Positions 29,749 to 39,111 of a stretch of 64,000 bases of DNA are shown here, in pieces; the first letter of the stretch is position 1, and each line of letters begins with the position of its first letter. The stretch spans positions 12,668 through 76,667 of the forward strand of contig CAZSRZ010000006.1 of the NCBI GenBank assembly GCA_964609085.1, written 5' to 3'. Source of the DNA: an uncultured bacterium. GTDB lineage: Bacteria > Armatimonadota > SYMT01. The notes below the pieces were generated by a model, which was not told the origin of the DNA, searched no databases, and saw nothing but the letters and a program-made list of their open reading frames with translations. Made by a program: the position numbers and the translations under genes.

Positions 29749-32700
29749 TGCGAGCCCCCGCCAGCCGGCGCGTCGACGGGTGGTGCCGGCGAGGCGGCCC
29801 CGACCGCCCCCTCAGCGGCCTGGACCGGCCACTTCCAGTCACGGTTCAGAAAGATCTTGTTGAGCCACCGAACCAGATCGTCCGTGAACGTGTGCATGAT
29901 CGGCACATCGAACAGCGACAGGAAGGTGCCCGTCAGCAACCCGCCGATGGTGACCACCGCCAGCGAGCGGTAGGCATCCTGGCCCGTGGATGGAAAAAAG
30001 GCCGCTGGGACGATGGCGATAGCTGTGATGGTGGCACTCATCACGATGGGCCGCAGCCTCGCCGGGCAAGCGAGAGCCACGGCTTCGTCGCGAGGAACCC
30101 CTTCATCCCGGTACTGGACGATGAGGTCCAGCATCAGAATCGCGGTAGTGATGTCCATTCCGGCCACGACGATGAGCGCCATGATCGAAACGGACGAGAA
30201 TGCCTGCCCGGTGATGAACAACAGGAAGAAGATCCCGGCTAGCTGGTCGGGCAGTGAGGCAATCATCTGCAGAGGCTGGATGAACCCTCTGAACTGCGCC
30301 ACCAGGATCAGGTACATCATCACCAGCGACAGACCCAGCCCGATGAAGAGTCGTCTGAAGCTGTCCATCATCTGCGTCATGTCGCCGCGCATCTCAAGCC
30401 CATACCCGGGCGGGAAATTGATCGGCAGGATCCCGGCCTGCCGATTGCCCGCGTAGGCATTGCTGACCAGGTTCATCGCCAGGTCCATCGATGGCAGGTC
30501 GCCGATGCGGTAGTAGGCGGTCAACCCCATCACCCGTCGGAGGCCGTCGTGCTCGATGACGGTCGGCGCCTCCCGCCGCTCCACGGTGGCCACAGATTTC
30601 AGGGGGAGTTGCCGGCCGCTCGGGGTGGTCACGTAGAGGTTCTGTAGGTCGCCCTCGTTCCGGCGATCCTTGTCCTCATACCGAACGAGGATCGTGTTCT
30701 GGCGAAGATTCGGGAGGCGGTAAAACTCGTTGGTGAGGCCCCCGCGAAGGCTGTAGTACGCCTGCTGACTGATGCTCTCCGGCGAGAGCCCTGCCTCCTG
30801 GGCACGGACCGGATCCACCTGGATTTCGAAGTCCGGCACCCCCAGAGTCCAGGTCGTGGCCGGTTGGTACACGCCGGTCGTTTTCTTCGCCACACCCTCG
30901 AGCTGACGCCCGATGAGATCGAGCACCTTCAGATCGGTACCGTAGGCGATGAGGTGCACCGGAGCGGCGGCAGTCGCCATCACGTCGGAGCCCATCTCCT
31001 TGATTTGGAGGCGCCGGATGCCGGGGATGGTGGCAAACGCCTCCTTGTGGATGGTGTCCATCACCTGCCATATGGTCCGTTTTCGGTCGTCCTTGTCGCT
31101 GAAGGTGAGCATGAAAGCCGCGCCGTTCGCCTGTGGCATGGCATAGCCGGTGAAGAACGGACTCCAGCTCTCGAACATCGTCTCGGCACCGATCTCGATG
31201 CTGCCCTTCTCCAACTCCGGGTGCTTGAGCATGAGCAGCTCGATCTGCTTGACGGCCTTCTCCGTTTCCTCGAAAGAGGTTCCCGGCGCCATCTCCAGGA
31301 TGCCGTTTGCCTGACCGACGTCGGCAAGCGGCATCATTTCACTGCCGATCAGTGGATAGAAGGTGAAACCGCCGATGATCACGGCCAGGATGGCGCTGCC
31401 GACGAGCAGCCGATGGCGGAGGGTCCAGCGCACCGCCCTCTCATACGCCCGCTCTGTCCGCTCAAGGAATCGCTGGAAGGGGTCGATCACGGCGTACAGC
31501 AACCGCCCCACCGGGTGACGGCGATCCCCGGCGCGGTCCTCTTCCTTGCGGAGCAGGTGGGCACAGAGCAGGGTGGTAAGGGTGAAGCCCACGATCATGG
31601 AGCTGAGCTGGCAGAAGATCACCGGCCACACGAGTTCGCGGAACATGATCTCGACGATGCCGCCGCAGAAGAGCAGCGGAGAGAGCCCGACGAAGGTGGT
31701 GAAGGTCCCGGCGAGCACAGCGAGGCGAATCTCGCCGATTCCGTCGGCCGTGGCCGTACGCACATCCTTGCCCATCCGCAGGTGTCGCTCCACCGCGTGG
31801 ACATCCACGATCGAGTCGTCGACGAGGCGCCCGATTGAGATGAGGAGCCCTATGAGGGTGCCCGAGTTGAAGCTCATCCCCATGGGCACCATGAAGAGGA
31901 TGGCGAGCAACAGCGAGGCCGGCAGCGCGATCAGGGCAATCAACGCGCTCCGCCAGTCGCCCAGGAAGAACAGCAGCGCCACGCCCGTCATCACGATGGC
32001 GAGCAGCAGTTCCTCCCAGATGTTCGCGAACAGCACATCTGTAAAGCGGGCGTTGTCGTAGGCGGTCTCGAACCGAATGCCGGGGAAGTCGCGCTCCATC
32101 TGCTGGACCGCCTGCATGACGGTGGGCACCACCTGGGCCGAACTGCTCCCGGGATCCTGGATGACGGAGACCTCGATGGCCGGGTTCACCTCGCCCGCTG
32201 AGCCCGGCTCGTGCTTCAGATAGCGATAGGCGCTCCGGCGTTCCCAATGCGTGTCCACCACGCGGGCGACGTCTCGCACGAAAACCGTGCGTGGCGAGCG
32301 GCCTGCTCCCGACGTCCCGCCGCCCGAGCCGCCGATCGTGGATGGGAGAGGATCTTCGGCTCCCGAGCCCATCGCACCCATGCCGCCGCCGCCGAGCCCC
32401 GATCCAGCTTGACCCGACGGTCCGGCCCCAGCATTCGTCGCGGATGAGATGCTGGTGATCGGATACGCCAGCACGTCATCCGCCCCGGTTGCTCGGGTGT
32501 CCACGCGGACAATCCCCTCATCTGTCCCGTGAGTCAGGGTCCCGGCCGGGCGGCTGACGTTGAACCGATCAATCGCGTTCCGCACGTCGAGGATCGAGAG
32601 ACGGTATGCGGCCAGGCGCTCCCTGTCTACCACCACCTGGAGTTGACGCCGGTACCCGCCGAAGGGGACGACTGAATAAACTCGCTGCAGCCGCTTGAGG

Positions 32701-33392
32701 CGGTTGATCACCTCGTTGTCGGCGAATTCACGCAGTCGGGAGGGGGTCCAGCCCTTCTCTTCGTCGCCGGTCAAGGCGAGGGACAGGATCGGCAGGTTCA
32801 GGGGATCGATGGGGACGACCCACGAAGGCTTCAGGTTGGCACCCGTGCCTGGTAGGTTGGCCTGGATCACGTTCATCAGGGCCTGGGCATCGAAGAGAGC
32901 CTTCTTCATGTCCACCCCGTAATTGAACTCCAGGGTGACAAGGGAGAAGCCTTCTTGGGAGCTGGACCGCACGTAGTGGAGGTCCCTGACGTTGACCATC
33001 TGTTCTTCGATTGGCTTGCTGACGTACAGCTCCATCTCTTCGGCAGAGAGTCCGGGCATCATGGTGACGACACCGACCATCGGACTCTGCACGTACGGAG
33101 CGAAGCGGCGGGGCAGGGCGAAGCCGACCGCCATCGCGCCGAGCAAGAAGACCGCGAAGAAGAAGGCGATGATGAGGTAGGGATGCTCGATCGTCCAGCG
33201 TGGGAGGGCCCCGGCCGCGGTCGCCGCCCGGGACAGCAGCGCGGAGGTCGAACCAGGTCTTCGGCTGCCGTCGCCTTCCGCACTCACTTTAGTTGGTCGC
33301 TTTCCCGTGCCCGGAGTGCTCGTGACGCCCATCCGTCCCCGAGGGTTGAGCTCCGGTCGCCCGTCGCGCTCCCGGCAGCACTCCCGGCCCAC
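29745..33392 (-). CDS. RND efflux permease (AcrB/CusA superfamily)
   Basis: PGLSAEEME..VSKPIE, GRLVDDSIV, FRELVW, YLILVAQF and RLRPIVMS. The true start is probably ATG 33332. Confidence 0.93.
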   Translation of the reverse strand: MGRECCRERDGRPELNPRGRMGVTSTPGTGKRPTKVSAEGDGSRRPGSTSALLSRAATAAGALPRWTIEHPYLIIAFFFAVFLLGAMAVGFALPRRFAPYVQSPMVGVVTMMPGLSAEEMELYVSKPIEEQMVNVRDLHYVRSSSQEGFSLVTLEFNYGVDMKKALFDAQALMNVIQANLPGTGANLKPSWVVPIDPLNLPILSLALTGDEEKGWTPSRLREFADNEVINRLKRLQRVYSVVPFGGYRRQLQVVVDRERLAAYRLSILDVRNAIDRFNVSRPAGTLTHGTDEGIVRVDTRATGADDVLAYPITSISSATNAGAGPSGQAGSGLGGGGMGAMGSGAEDPLPSTIGGSGGGTSGAGRSPRTVFVRDVARVVDTHWERRSAYRYLKHEPGSAGEVNPAIEVSVIQDPGSSSAQVVPTVMQAVQQMERDFPGIRFETAYDNARFTDVLFANIWEELLLAIVMTGVALLFFLGDWRSALIALIALPASLLLAILFMVPMGMSFNSGTLIGLLISIGRLVDDSIVDVHAVERHLRMGKDVRTATADGIGEIRLAVLAGTFTTFVGLSPLLFCGGIVEIMFRELVWPVIFCQLSSMIVGFTLTTLLCAHLLRKEEDRAGDRRHPVGRLLYAVIDPFQRFLERTERAYERAVRWTLRHRLLVGSAILAVIIGGFTFYPLIGSEMMPLADVGQANGILEMAPGTSFEETEKAVKQIELLMLKHPELEKGSIEIGAETMFESWSPFFTGYAMPQANGAAFMLTFSDKDDRKRTIWQVMDTIHKEAFATIPGIRRLQIKEMGSDVMATAAAPVHLIAYGTDLKVLDLIGRQLEGVAKKTTGVYQPATTWTLGVPDFEIQVDPVRAQEAGLSPESISQQAYYSLRGGLTNEFYRLPNLRQNTILVRYEDKDRRNEGDLQNLYVTTPSGRQLPLKSVATVERREAPTVIEHDGLRRVMGLTAYYRIGDLPSMDLAMNLVSNAYAGNRQAGILPINFPPGYGLEMRGDMTQMMDSFRRLFIGLGLSLVMMYLILVAQFRGFIQPLQMIASLPDQLAGIFFLLFITGQAFSSVSIMALIVVAGMDITTAILMLDLIVQYRDEGVPRDEAVALACPARLRPIVMSATITAIAIVPAAFFPSTGQDAYRSLAVVTIGGLLTGTFLSLFDVPIMHTFTDDLVRWLNKIFLNRDWKWPVQAAEGAVGAASPAPPVDAPAGGGSH

Positions 33393-35712
33393 CCTGGCCC
33401 CAGGGCACAGCGGTCACGGAATCGCCTGGCCGGAGGGAGTCATGGCCGCGGATAACCACCCGCTGCCCTGCCTTCAGGCCGGCGAGAACCTCGGTGTGAT
33501 CGCCGTCGCTGGTGCCCACGCGCACGTCGACTCGCTGCACGGTATACCGACCGGTGCTGCCGTCCGGTTCGGCCAGCCACACGAATGCGGTCTGGTTTCC
33601 AGAGAGGATGCTGCTGGACGGCGCGCTTTGCCAGCGAATGGCGGCTGCCGGAACCCGCAACGCGCCGCCGCGCGTCCCCGCCCCGGAGGGGATTCGGATC
33701 TCCATGCGGAGGTACTGCCCCGGCAGAAAGCGCCGCGGCAGGTTGGGGAACAGGGCTTCCACAGTTCCGGTGCGAGTTGCGGGATCCATGGCGGGAGCGA
33801 TCGAGCTGATCCGTGCTTCGAGCGGGCCCCCCACCCCGTCCTGGGTTCGGATGAGGACGCGTGCCCCGAGCCGGATCCGGGCCAGATCGCTTTCCGCCAC
33901 GTTGGCCTGGAGGCGGATGGGCTGAATCTGGGCGACCCTTAGGATGGCTTGTCCCGGACTGACGAGCACGCCGGGGCTGATCAGCCGTTGAGTGACGACC
34001 CCATCGACGAGGGAGCGGATCTCGGAATAGCCGCGAACGATCCCCGCGGTGGTCAACGCTGCCTGCGCACTGCGAACCCCCGCCTGCGACTGCCGAATCT
34101 TTCCCGCGCCCGCCTCTGCCATCGCCTGCATCGCCCGGGCGTTTTCTTGTGCGGCCTCCAACTCGCCTTCGACCATTCGGATCCGTCCCGCGGCGGCGGC
34201 GATCTCTGATCTCGCCTGCTCCACTTTCGCTTCCATCCCCTCGACCCGAGCCTGCGTCTGGCTGATCTTGGCCTGCGCACCGTCCACCATCGCCTCCGCC
34301 CTTGCCAGCCGGGACTCGGCCGCGCGGATGTCGCTGCGGACGGCGCTCAGCCTCGCCTCAGCCTGCCGCACCTTCGCGTCCACTCCCTTCGCAACGGCCT
34401 CTTCACGCTGGAACTCTTCGCCCGAGATCGCTCCCTTCTCGAGTAGCGCCCGTAACCGCGGAAGCTGCAGTCGCCAGTACGCCTGGTCCGCCTTCATGGC
34501 CGAAAGCATGGCCGCTGCCTCCGGCAGCCCTTCGCGGGCCGACTGCAGCATCGAGTCCATTGCGGCCCGCTCATGCCGGGCGGCCGTCAGATCCGCCCGC
34601 ATGCCGAGCAACTCGCCCCGCGCCTCCGAGACCCCGGCCAGGGTCTCCTGCAGCATCGCCCGGGTGCGGGCTTCCATCCGGCGGGACTCTTCGACGGCAC
34701 CCTCACGGCCGCGCACCTCGGCCTTCGCCTGCGCTGCCGCTGCCAGGGCCTGCCGGTACTCAAACCCGGCGATGCTGGCCATCTGTTCCGCCATGGTGCG
34801 GTTCGCGGCTCTCTCCTGAACTCGTGACTGTGCCTCACGAGTATCCAGCTTCGCCAGCAACTGATCTTTGCGGACCGTGTCCCCTGCGTAAAGCGGCATC
34901 CAGGTGATCCAGCCGGTGACGCGGGGATAAACGTCCTGCTCGACGTAACCCACCGCTGATCCGGTGTAGCGGACAGAGGCCTCCACGGGAGCCTCGTCCA
35001 CTGTCGCTAGCGCTACCGGCGCCTCCCCCGGCGGCGCGGGCATCTTGGACATGTCCGAGGCCAGAGCGTCAACCAGGCTCATGGACCCGGGTCGTTTCCA
35101 GGCACGGACCGCCCAGCCGGAAATCGCGAACGCCGCCACGATCAGGATCATCGCCACCAGTAGCGACGGGTGAAAGAGGTCCTTCCACGAGATCCGGGCT
35201 CCGATCCGCCGCAGCCGGAACAACACGAACGCCACGCCGGCGACCAGGATGATCCAGGGGAGGGCAGTCCATAGCGTGTCGAACCCGCCGGCTTGCCGCC
35301 CGGTAGTCGCCCCGCCGGTGTCCTGACCGGTTCGGACCGTCAGGCGTGCGGTGGCCTCGCCAGCCGCGGCCGAGATGCTCACCGTGACCTCGTAACCGCC
35401 CTCCATTGCGAAGCGCGCCGGCGCACTATACACGCCGGGCCTGCCGGCCTCAGGACTCGCCGCCTCCTCCTGCTCCCCCATGTCCATGTCCGGCATCTTG
35501 GCGAGAACGCGGACTTTTGCTCCGGCGACCGGTCCGGATTCCTCGTCTCGGAGAGCGATGAAGATCCGGGCATTGCCTGTGGGGATGACGGCGGGATCCG
35601 TCCACACATCCGCCCGGTACGCGCCGGCAGAGAGCGGTAGTGCGGCGGCTGCCGGCGATGCGACAACCCCCACGCCCAGGACGGCCAGGGAAATGCCGAT
35701 GACCCATCGCAT
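33289..35712 (-). CDS. RND periplasmic adaptor with an N-terminal YtkA/FixH-like domain and a very long coiled coil
   Basis: Signal peptide, AKMPDMDMG..GVY..F.MEGGY, two transmembrane segments, VYPRVTGWI..GDTV, a ~270-aa heptad region, IRSLVDGVV, and a His-rich tail. Confidence 0.88.
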   Translation of the reverse strand: MRWVIGISLAVLGVGVVASPAAAALPLSAGAYRADVWTDPAVIPTGNARIFIALRDEESGPVAGAKVRVLAKMPDMDMGEQEEAASPEAGRPGVYSAPARFAMEGGYEVTVSISAAAGEATARLTVRTGQDTGGATTGRQAGGFDTLWTALPWIILVAGVAFVLFRLRRIGARISWKDLFHPSLLVAMILIVAAFAISGWAVRAWKRPGSMSLVDALASDMSKMPAPPGEAPVALATVDEAPVEASVRYTGSAVGYVEQDVYPRVTGWITWMPLYAGDTVRKDQLLAKLDTREAQSRVQERAANRTMAEQMASIAGFEYRQALAAAAQAKAEVRGREGAVEESRRMEARTRAMLQETLAGVSEARGELLGMRADLTAARHERAAMDSMLQSAREGLPEAAAMLSAMKADQAYWRLQLPRLRALLEKGAISGEEFQREEAVAKGVDAKVRQAEARLSAVRSDIRAAESRLARAEAMVDGAQAKISQTQARVEGMEAKVEQARSEIAAAAGRIRMVEGELEAAQENARAMQAMAEAGAGKIRQSQAGVRSAQAALTTAGIVRGYSEIRSLVDGVVTQRLISPGVLVSPGQAILRVAQIQPIRLQANVAESDLARIRLGARVLIRTQDGVGGPLEARISSIAPAMDPATRTGTVEALFPNLPRRFLPGQYLRMEIRIPSGAGTRGGALRVPAAAIRWQSAPSSSILSGNQTAFVWLAEPDGSTGRYTVQRVDVRVGTSDGDHTEVLAGLKAGQRVVIRGHDSLRPGDSVTAVPWGQGGPGVLPGARRATGAQPSGTDGRHEHSGHGKATN

Positions 35713-35794
35713 TGATCCGCCCCGCGTTGCTCCTGGTCTCACGTCGTCCTCCGGTTACTCCGCCGGTCATGCTCGACTTCGCCCCGGAATTGAG

Positions 35795-36994
35795 CTAATG
35801 CAGCACGACGAACCCGCCATCCGGACGGGGGAAAGCCGTTGCCAGTCCCCAGGTCGGGATGCCGCCCTCGATCCGTCCCCGCTCCGTCAACGGGCTGCCG
35901 GTTCGATCGTAGAGCTGCCAGGCCAGCGAGCCGCCGCGCTGCCAGCCGGTCCCCTCGTCCCAGATCAGCAGCAGTTCTCCCGCCCGGTTCACCGTGACGA
36001 ACGGGTGCTTGCGCCCCGCCGGCGGACCCGGTGCTGTGATCTGTCGAGCCAGCCTCCGCGTGCCGGGGTCAACCCGGGCAAACCGGATCTGCCCCGCCGT
36101 TTCCCACGTCCCCCATACACCATCAGGGCCCTCCGCGAGCGACTCGCTGCTCATGGGACAGGCATTGATCACCCACGGGTCGATCCGCCCTCCCTGGAAG
36201 GCCGCTCGCGGGCCGGCGGCAACCAGGAACACCATGTCCCGGTTCACCTTTTCCGTGGCCGCCCGATAGAGGAGATAGATTGCCCCCTTCTGATCCGCAA
36301 AGATCTTGAGGCTGCAACAGGCGCAAGCGCCGGTCGGGTCCTGGTAGATACTCGCCTCCGGACCAAACGTGCGACCGTCGTCGGAGGAGCGGGCCAGCCA
36401 GACGCGCCGGGCACCTTCCCCGGCGCCTCGCGAAGGGGATGCATGCCACGCCACGTAGACGTTGCCCTGGGGATCGGCGGCGACCGACGCGCCCCCGTCC
36501 AGGTCTGCCGTGTTGCCCAGCAGGTCTCGCTGCGGCGCAAACTTACCCCCGCTCTCCAGGCGGGTGTAGTAGAGGGGCGCCCCCTTGGGCGAGCCATGCC
36601 CTCCCGCGCCATTCCAGACGACGTGGACGGTATTGGCCCTGCCCAGCGCCAGTTGTCCCCCGCGGATCGTGCCCGCCGCTACGGCAGTCCCGGCATCGCT
36701 ATTCACTCGCAGCGGTTCCGACCAAGCGCTGCCGCCAGGCGATCGACGCTGGTAGTAGAGATCCCCCCCGCGCGGATCGCCCTTGAAGTAGACGAGATGG
36801 GCGGCTCCGGCGGCGTCGACCACCGCCTGGGGCTGGATCCCGCTATTGGGGGTCTTGATCACTTCCACCCGGGCCGCCGCGCCCGCGGGCGCGGCGGCTG
36901 GGCCGGTGGGGAGTAGCCCGCTTGAAGTCAGCAAGCCGAAGAGCGCCGCACGATGGAACCATCGGCGACCCGGTCGAGAGGATTTCAGGTGCAT
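35795..36994 (-). CDS. Exported BNR/sialidase-like beta-propeller protein
   Basis: Asp-box SSDDGRTF, repeated VHVVW/VYVAW blades, and ACACCSL. Confidence 0.65.
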   Translation of the reverse strand: MHLKSSRPGRRWFHRAALFGLLTSSGLLPTGPAAAPAGAAARVEVIKTPNSGIQPQAVVDAAGAAHLVYFKGDPRGGDLYYQRRSPGGSAWSEPLRVNSDAGTAVAAGTIRGGQLALGRANTVHVVWNGAGGHGSPKGAPLYYTRLESGGKFAPQRDLLGNTADLDGGASVAADPQGNVYVAWHASPSRGAGEGARRVWLARSSDDGRTFGPEASIYQDPTGACACCSLKIFADQKGAIYLLYRAATEKVNRDMVFLVAAGPRAAFQGGRIDPWVINACPMSSESLAEGPDGVWGTWETAGQIRFARVDPGTRRLARQITAPGPPAGRKHPFVTVNRAGELLLIWDEGTGWQRGGSLAWQLYDRTGSPLTERGRIEGGIPTWGLATAFPRPDGGFVVLH

Positions 36995-37020
36995 GGGCTT
37001 ACTCCTGGAGAGCGCGTCTC

Positions 37021-37434
37021 CTAGTGGTGGTGACCGTGGTCAGGGGCCTTCAGCGGCTTCGCATACTTGCCGGGGTGGGAGTGGAAGGTCTGATGTGACT
37101 TCGCATCGGCGAACAGGAAGATGCCACCGCCATGCGCCATCTTCATGGTTTTGGAGGTGACGGCGAAGGACTTGCCGGTCACCGGGTCCTTCGTCTGTTT
37201 CACGTATTTGGCCGGGTCCTTCTTGATCTCCCCGATGCAACTGGGGCAGCAGACGGACACGAACTCGTTGTTCACCCGAACGTAGGGTGCGTGCGCCCGA
37301 TCCTTGATGGGACCCTTCATCACCGGACAGGTGAGGGGCTTGGCAGCAGTGGGAGCCTTCTCGGCCCTGCCGACGCCGCCGATCGCCGTCACCAGCACCG
37401 CGGCGGCGAGGAGCCAGGTCGATCTCTTGAGCAT
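37021..37434 (-). CDS. Exported YHS/TRASH-domain protein
   Basis: CPVM..CCPSC..DP.KY, a second DPVTG unit, and a C-terminal DHGHHH. Confidence 0.8.
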   Translation of the reverse strand: MLKRSTWLLAAAVLVTAIGGVGRAEKAPTAAKPLTCPVMKGPIKDRAHAPYVRVNNEFVSVCCPSCIGEIKKDPAKYVKQTKDPVTGKSFAVTSKTMKMAHGGGIFLFADAKSHQTFHSHPGKYAKPLKAPDHGHHH

Positions 37435-37506
37435 TACCGGTTCATCCTTTCGGTTGTGGGCTTCCGCCGGAGGACCCGGCAGAAGCTTCTGCGTGCGGAG
37501 GACGCA

Positions 37507-38310
37507 CTATTGCGCCTTCTTTACAAACTCTTCCGGGGGCTTGATGGCTCTAGGATCCTTCTTGACTAGCGCCAGGTATTCCTCAAGGCAGGGCGGGCAA
37601 CAGAAGACGTACTCCTTGCCGGCGATGACCCAGCTCAGTCCAGGGTTTGCCTTGGTCAGGGTGATGGGGCAGATCCTGTCTCCAACAGCGGGACGAAGGT
37701 CGTGGCTGACCTTCACCGATCGGAATTTGACGGCCGGCAGCTGGTTGCCGTTGGCGGCAATGTCCGCCTCCGTGTAGGCGCCGCCGGGTGTGAGATAGAG
37801 GAGCCGATCCTTGGACGTGGCCGGCGCCGCCGCGATGCTGAGCGCTCCGGTGGGGAAGAGGGCCTTGATCGTGCCCAGCGCGGAGAGCATTGCTTTGTGC
37901 TGACGAACCGTCTCCGGGTACTTGCCCGCATCGGCATACCGGTCTAGCTGCTCTGCCAGCCGATCAATGATCCGGATATGCGACTCCAGTTTCTTACGTG
38001 CCACGGCGGAGAGCGACCTGCTCTTGTCCGGCAGGGTGCGGACGAGGTCGCGAATCTCGAAGGCCACGGGGTGAACCTCATCCAGGCGTCTTTCCCGGAC
38101 GAGTACGGCCAGGTCCTTCACCTGAAGCTCAACATCGGCCCACACCGAGGCCGCCTCTCCGTACGCCACGCGGAGGGCGTGGGTGGCCGTTGGGCTCGCC
38201 GGCGGCTTGACCGGAGTCCGAGTGGCACCACGGGCGAATGCCGGCATGGCAGTCAACAACAGGCCGAGCAACGTGAGGCTGAAGATGGGTTGCATGCGGG
38301 TTCCTTTCAT
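37507..38310 (-). CDS. Exported protein with a helical bundle and a C-terminal YHS-like domain
   Basis: Signal peptide, an all-alpha His-containing region, and CPIT..EYVFCCPPC. Confidence 0.7.
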   Translation of the reverse strand: MKGTRMQPIFSLTLLGLLLTAMPAFARGATRTPVKPPASPTATHALRVAYGEAASVWADVELQVKDLAVLVRERRLDEVHPVAFEIRDLVRTLPDKSRSLSAVARKKLESHIRIIDRLAEQLDRYADAGKYPETVRQHKAMLSALGTIKALFPTGALSIAAAPATSKDRLLYLTPGGAYTEADIAANGNQLPAVKFRSVKVSHDLRPAVGDRICPITLTKANPGLSWVIAGKEYVFCCPPCLEEYLALVKKDPRAIKPPEEFVKKAQ

Positions 38311-38313
38311 CGG

Positions 38314-39111
38314 TTAGAAGCTGTAGGAGTAGCCGGCGACGAGGCGGACTCGATCTCTCGCCGCGCCCTTCCAGCCTGCAAGGTCGGATTGGATCCCCAG
38401 ATCCATCACCGATCGGACGCCGACCTGTCGGCGGAGTCCGATGCCGACGCCGAGTACGCCGCCGCTGTCGAATCTCTCGCCGGCACGGATCGAGATCTCC
38501 GCCAACCCGGTCGTGCTGAAGGACGTGGGGTATCCCAGCGGCCGGCTGTAGCCGAGGACGACACCCGGCCGGAACTCGCGATCTCCGGGCGGGGCACCCG
38601 GGTTGCCCTCCAGGTCGAGGTTCAGGTGAACGCGGCCGTACTGGTCCGCCTGCCGACTGGCAATACCGCGAAGCCGGAACGCCACCCCACGCGAGCCGTC
38701 ACCGGTGGGCGCGGCGAGGTCGGCTCGCAGCGCCAGGGCAGGAGTTCGTCCGTGCTCACGGTTGAAGTTGTGGAACAACCCGACCGACACGTCGCCCGGA
38801 TCGACGCCAGACCAGCTGCCGCGCTCCTGACCGCCGATCGCGGGCGCGAAGCCGATGCTGAGGTGGCTATTCAGGCTGAATCCGTAGAGGTATTCGGCGG
38901 ACAGTCCAAGCTTTGTGGAGCGCCCCCTCGCCCAGCCGAGGGCGAGTCCAATTTCAAGGGCCTGTTCCCGAAAAGCTATGGCTCCCGCATCGTCAAAGGT
39001 CAACGGACGGTTGGCGTCCAGGTTATTGTGGTCCACAGCCTGCGCGGGTCCGGCGGTCAGCAGGGCGATGGTGACGAGGGCAAGGAGGGTGTTGTTTCGT
39101 CTCAAGGGCAT
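38314..39111 (-). CDS. Outer-membrane beta-barrel (putative transporter)
   Basis: Signal peptide, alternating amphipathic strands, and a C-terminal GYSYSF. Confidence 0.75.
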   Translation of the reverse strand: MPLRRNNTLLALVTIALLTAGPAQAVDHNNLDANRPLTFDDAGAIAFREQALEIGLALGWARGRSTKLGLSAEYLYGFSLNSHLSIGFAPAIGGQERGSWSGVDPGDVSVGLFHNFNREHGRTPALALRADLAAPTGDGSRGVAFRLRGIASRQADQYGRVHLNLDLEGNPGAPPGDREFRPGVVLGYSRPLGYPTSFSTTGLAEISIRAGERFDSGGVLGVGIGLRRQVGVRSVMDLGIQSDLAGWKGAARDRVRLVAGYSYSF

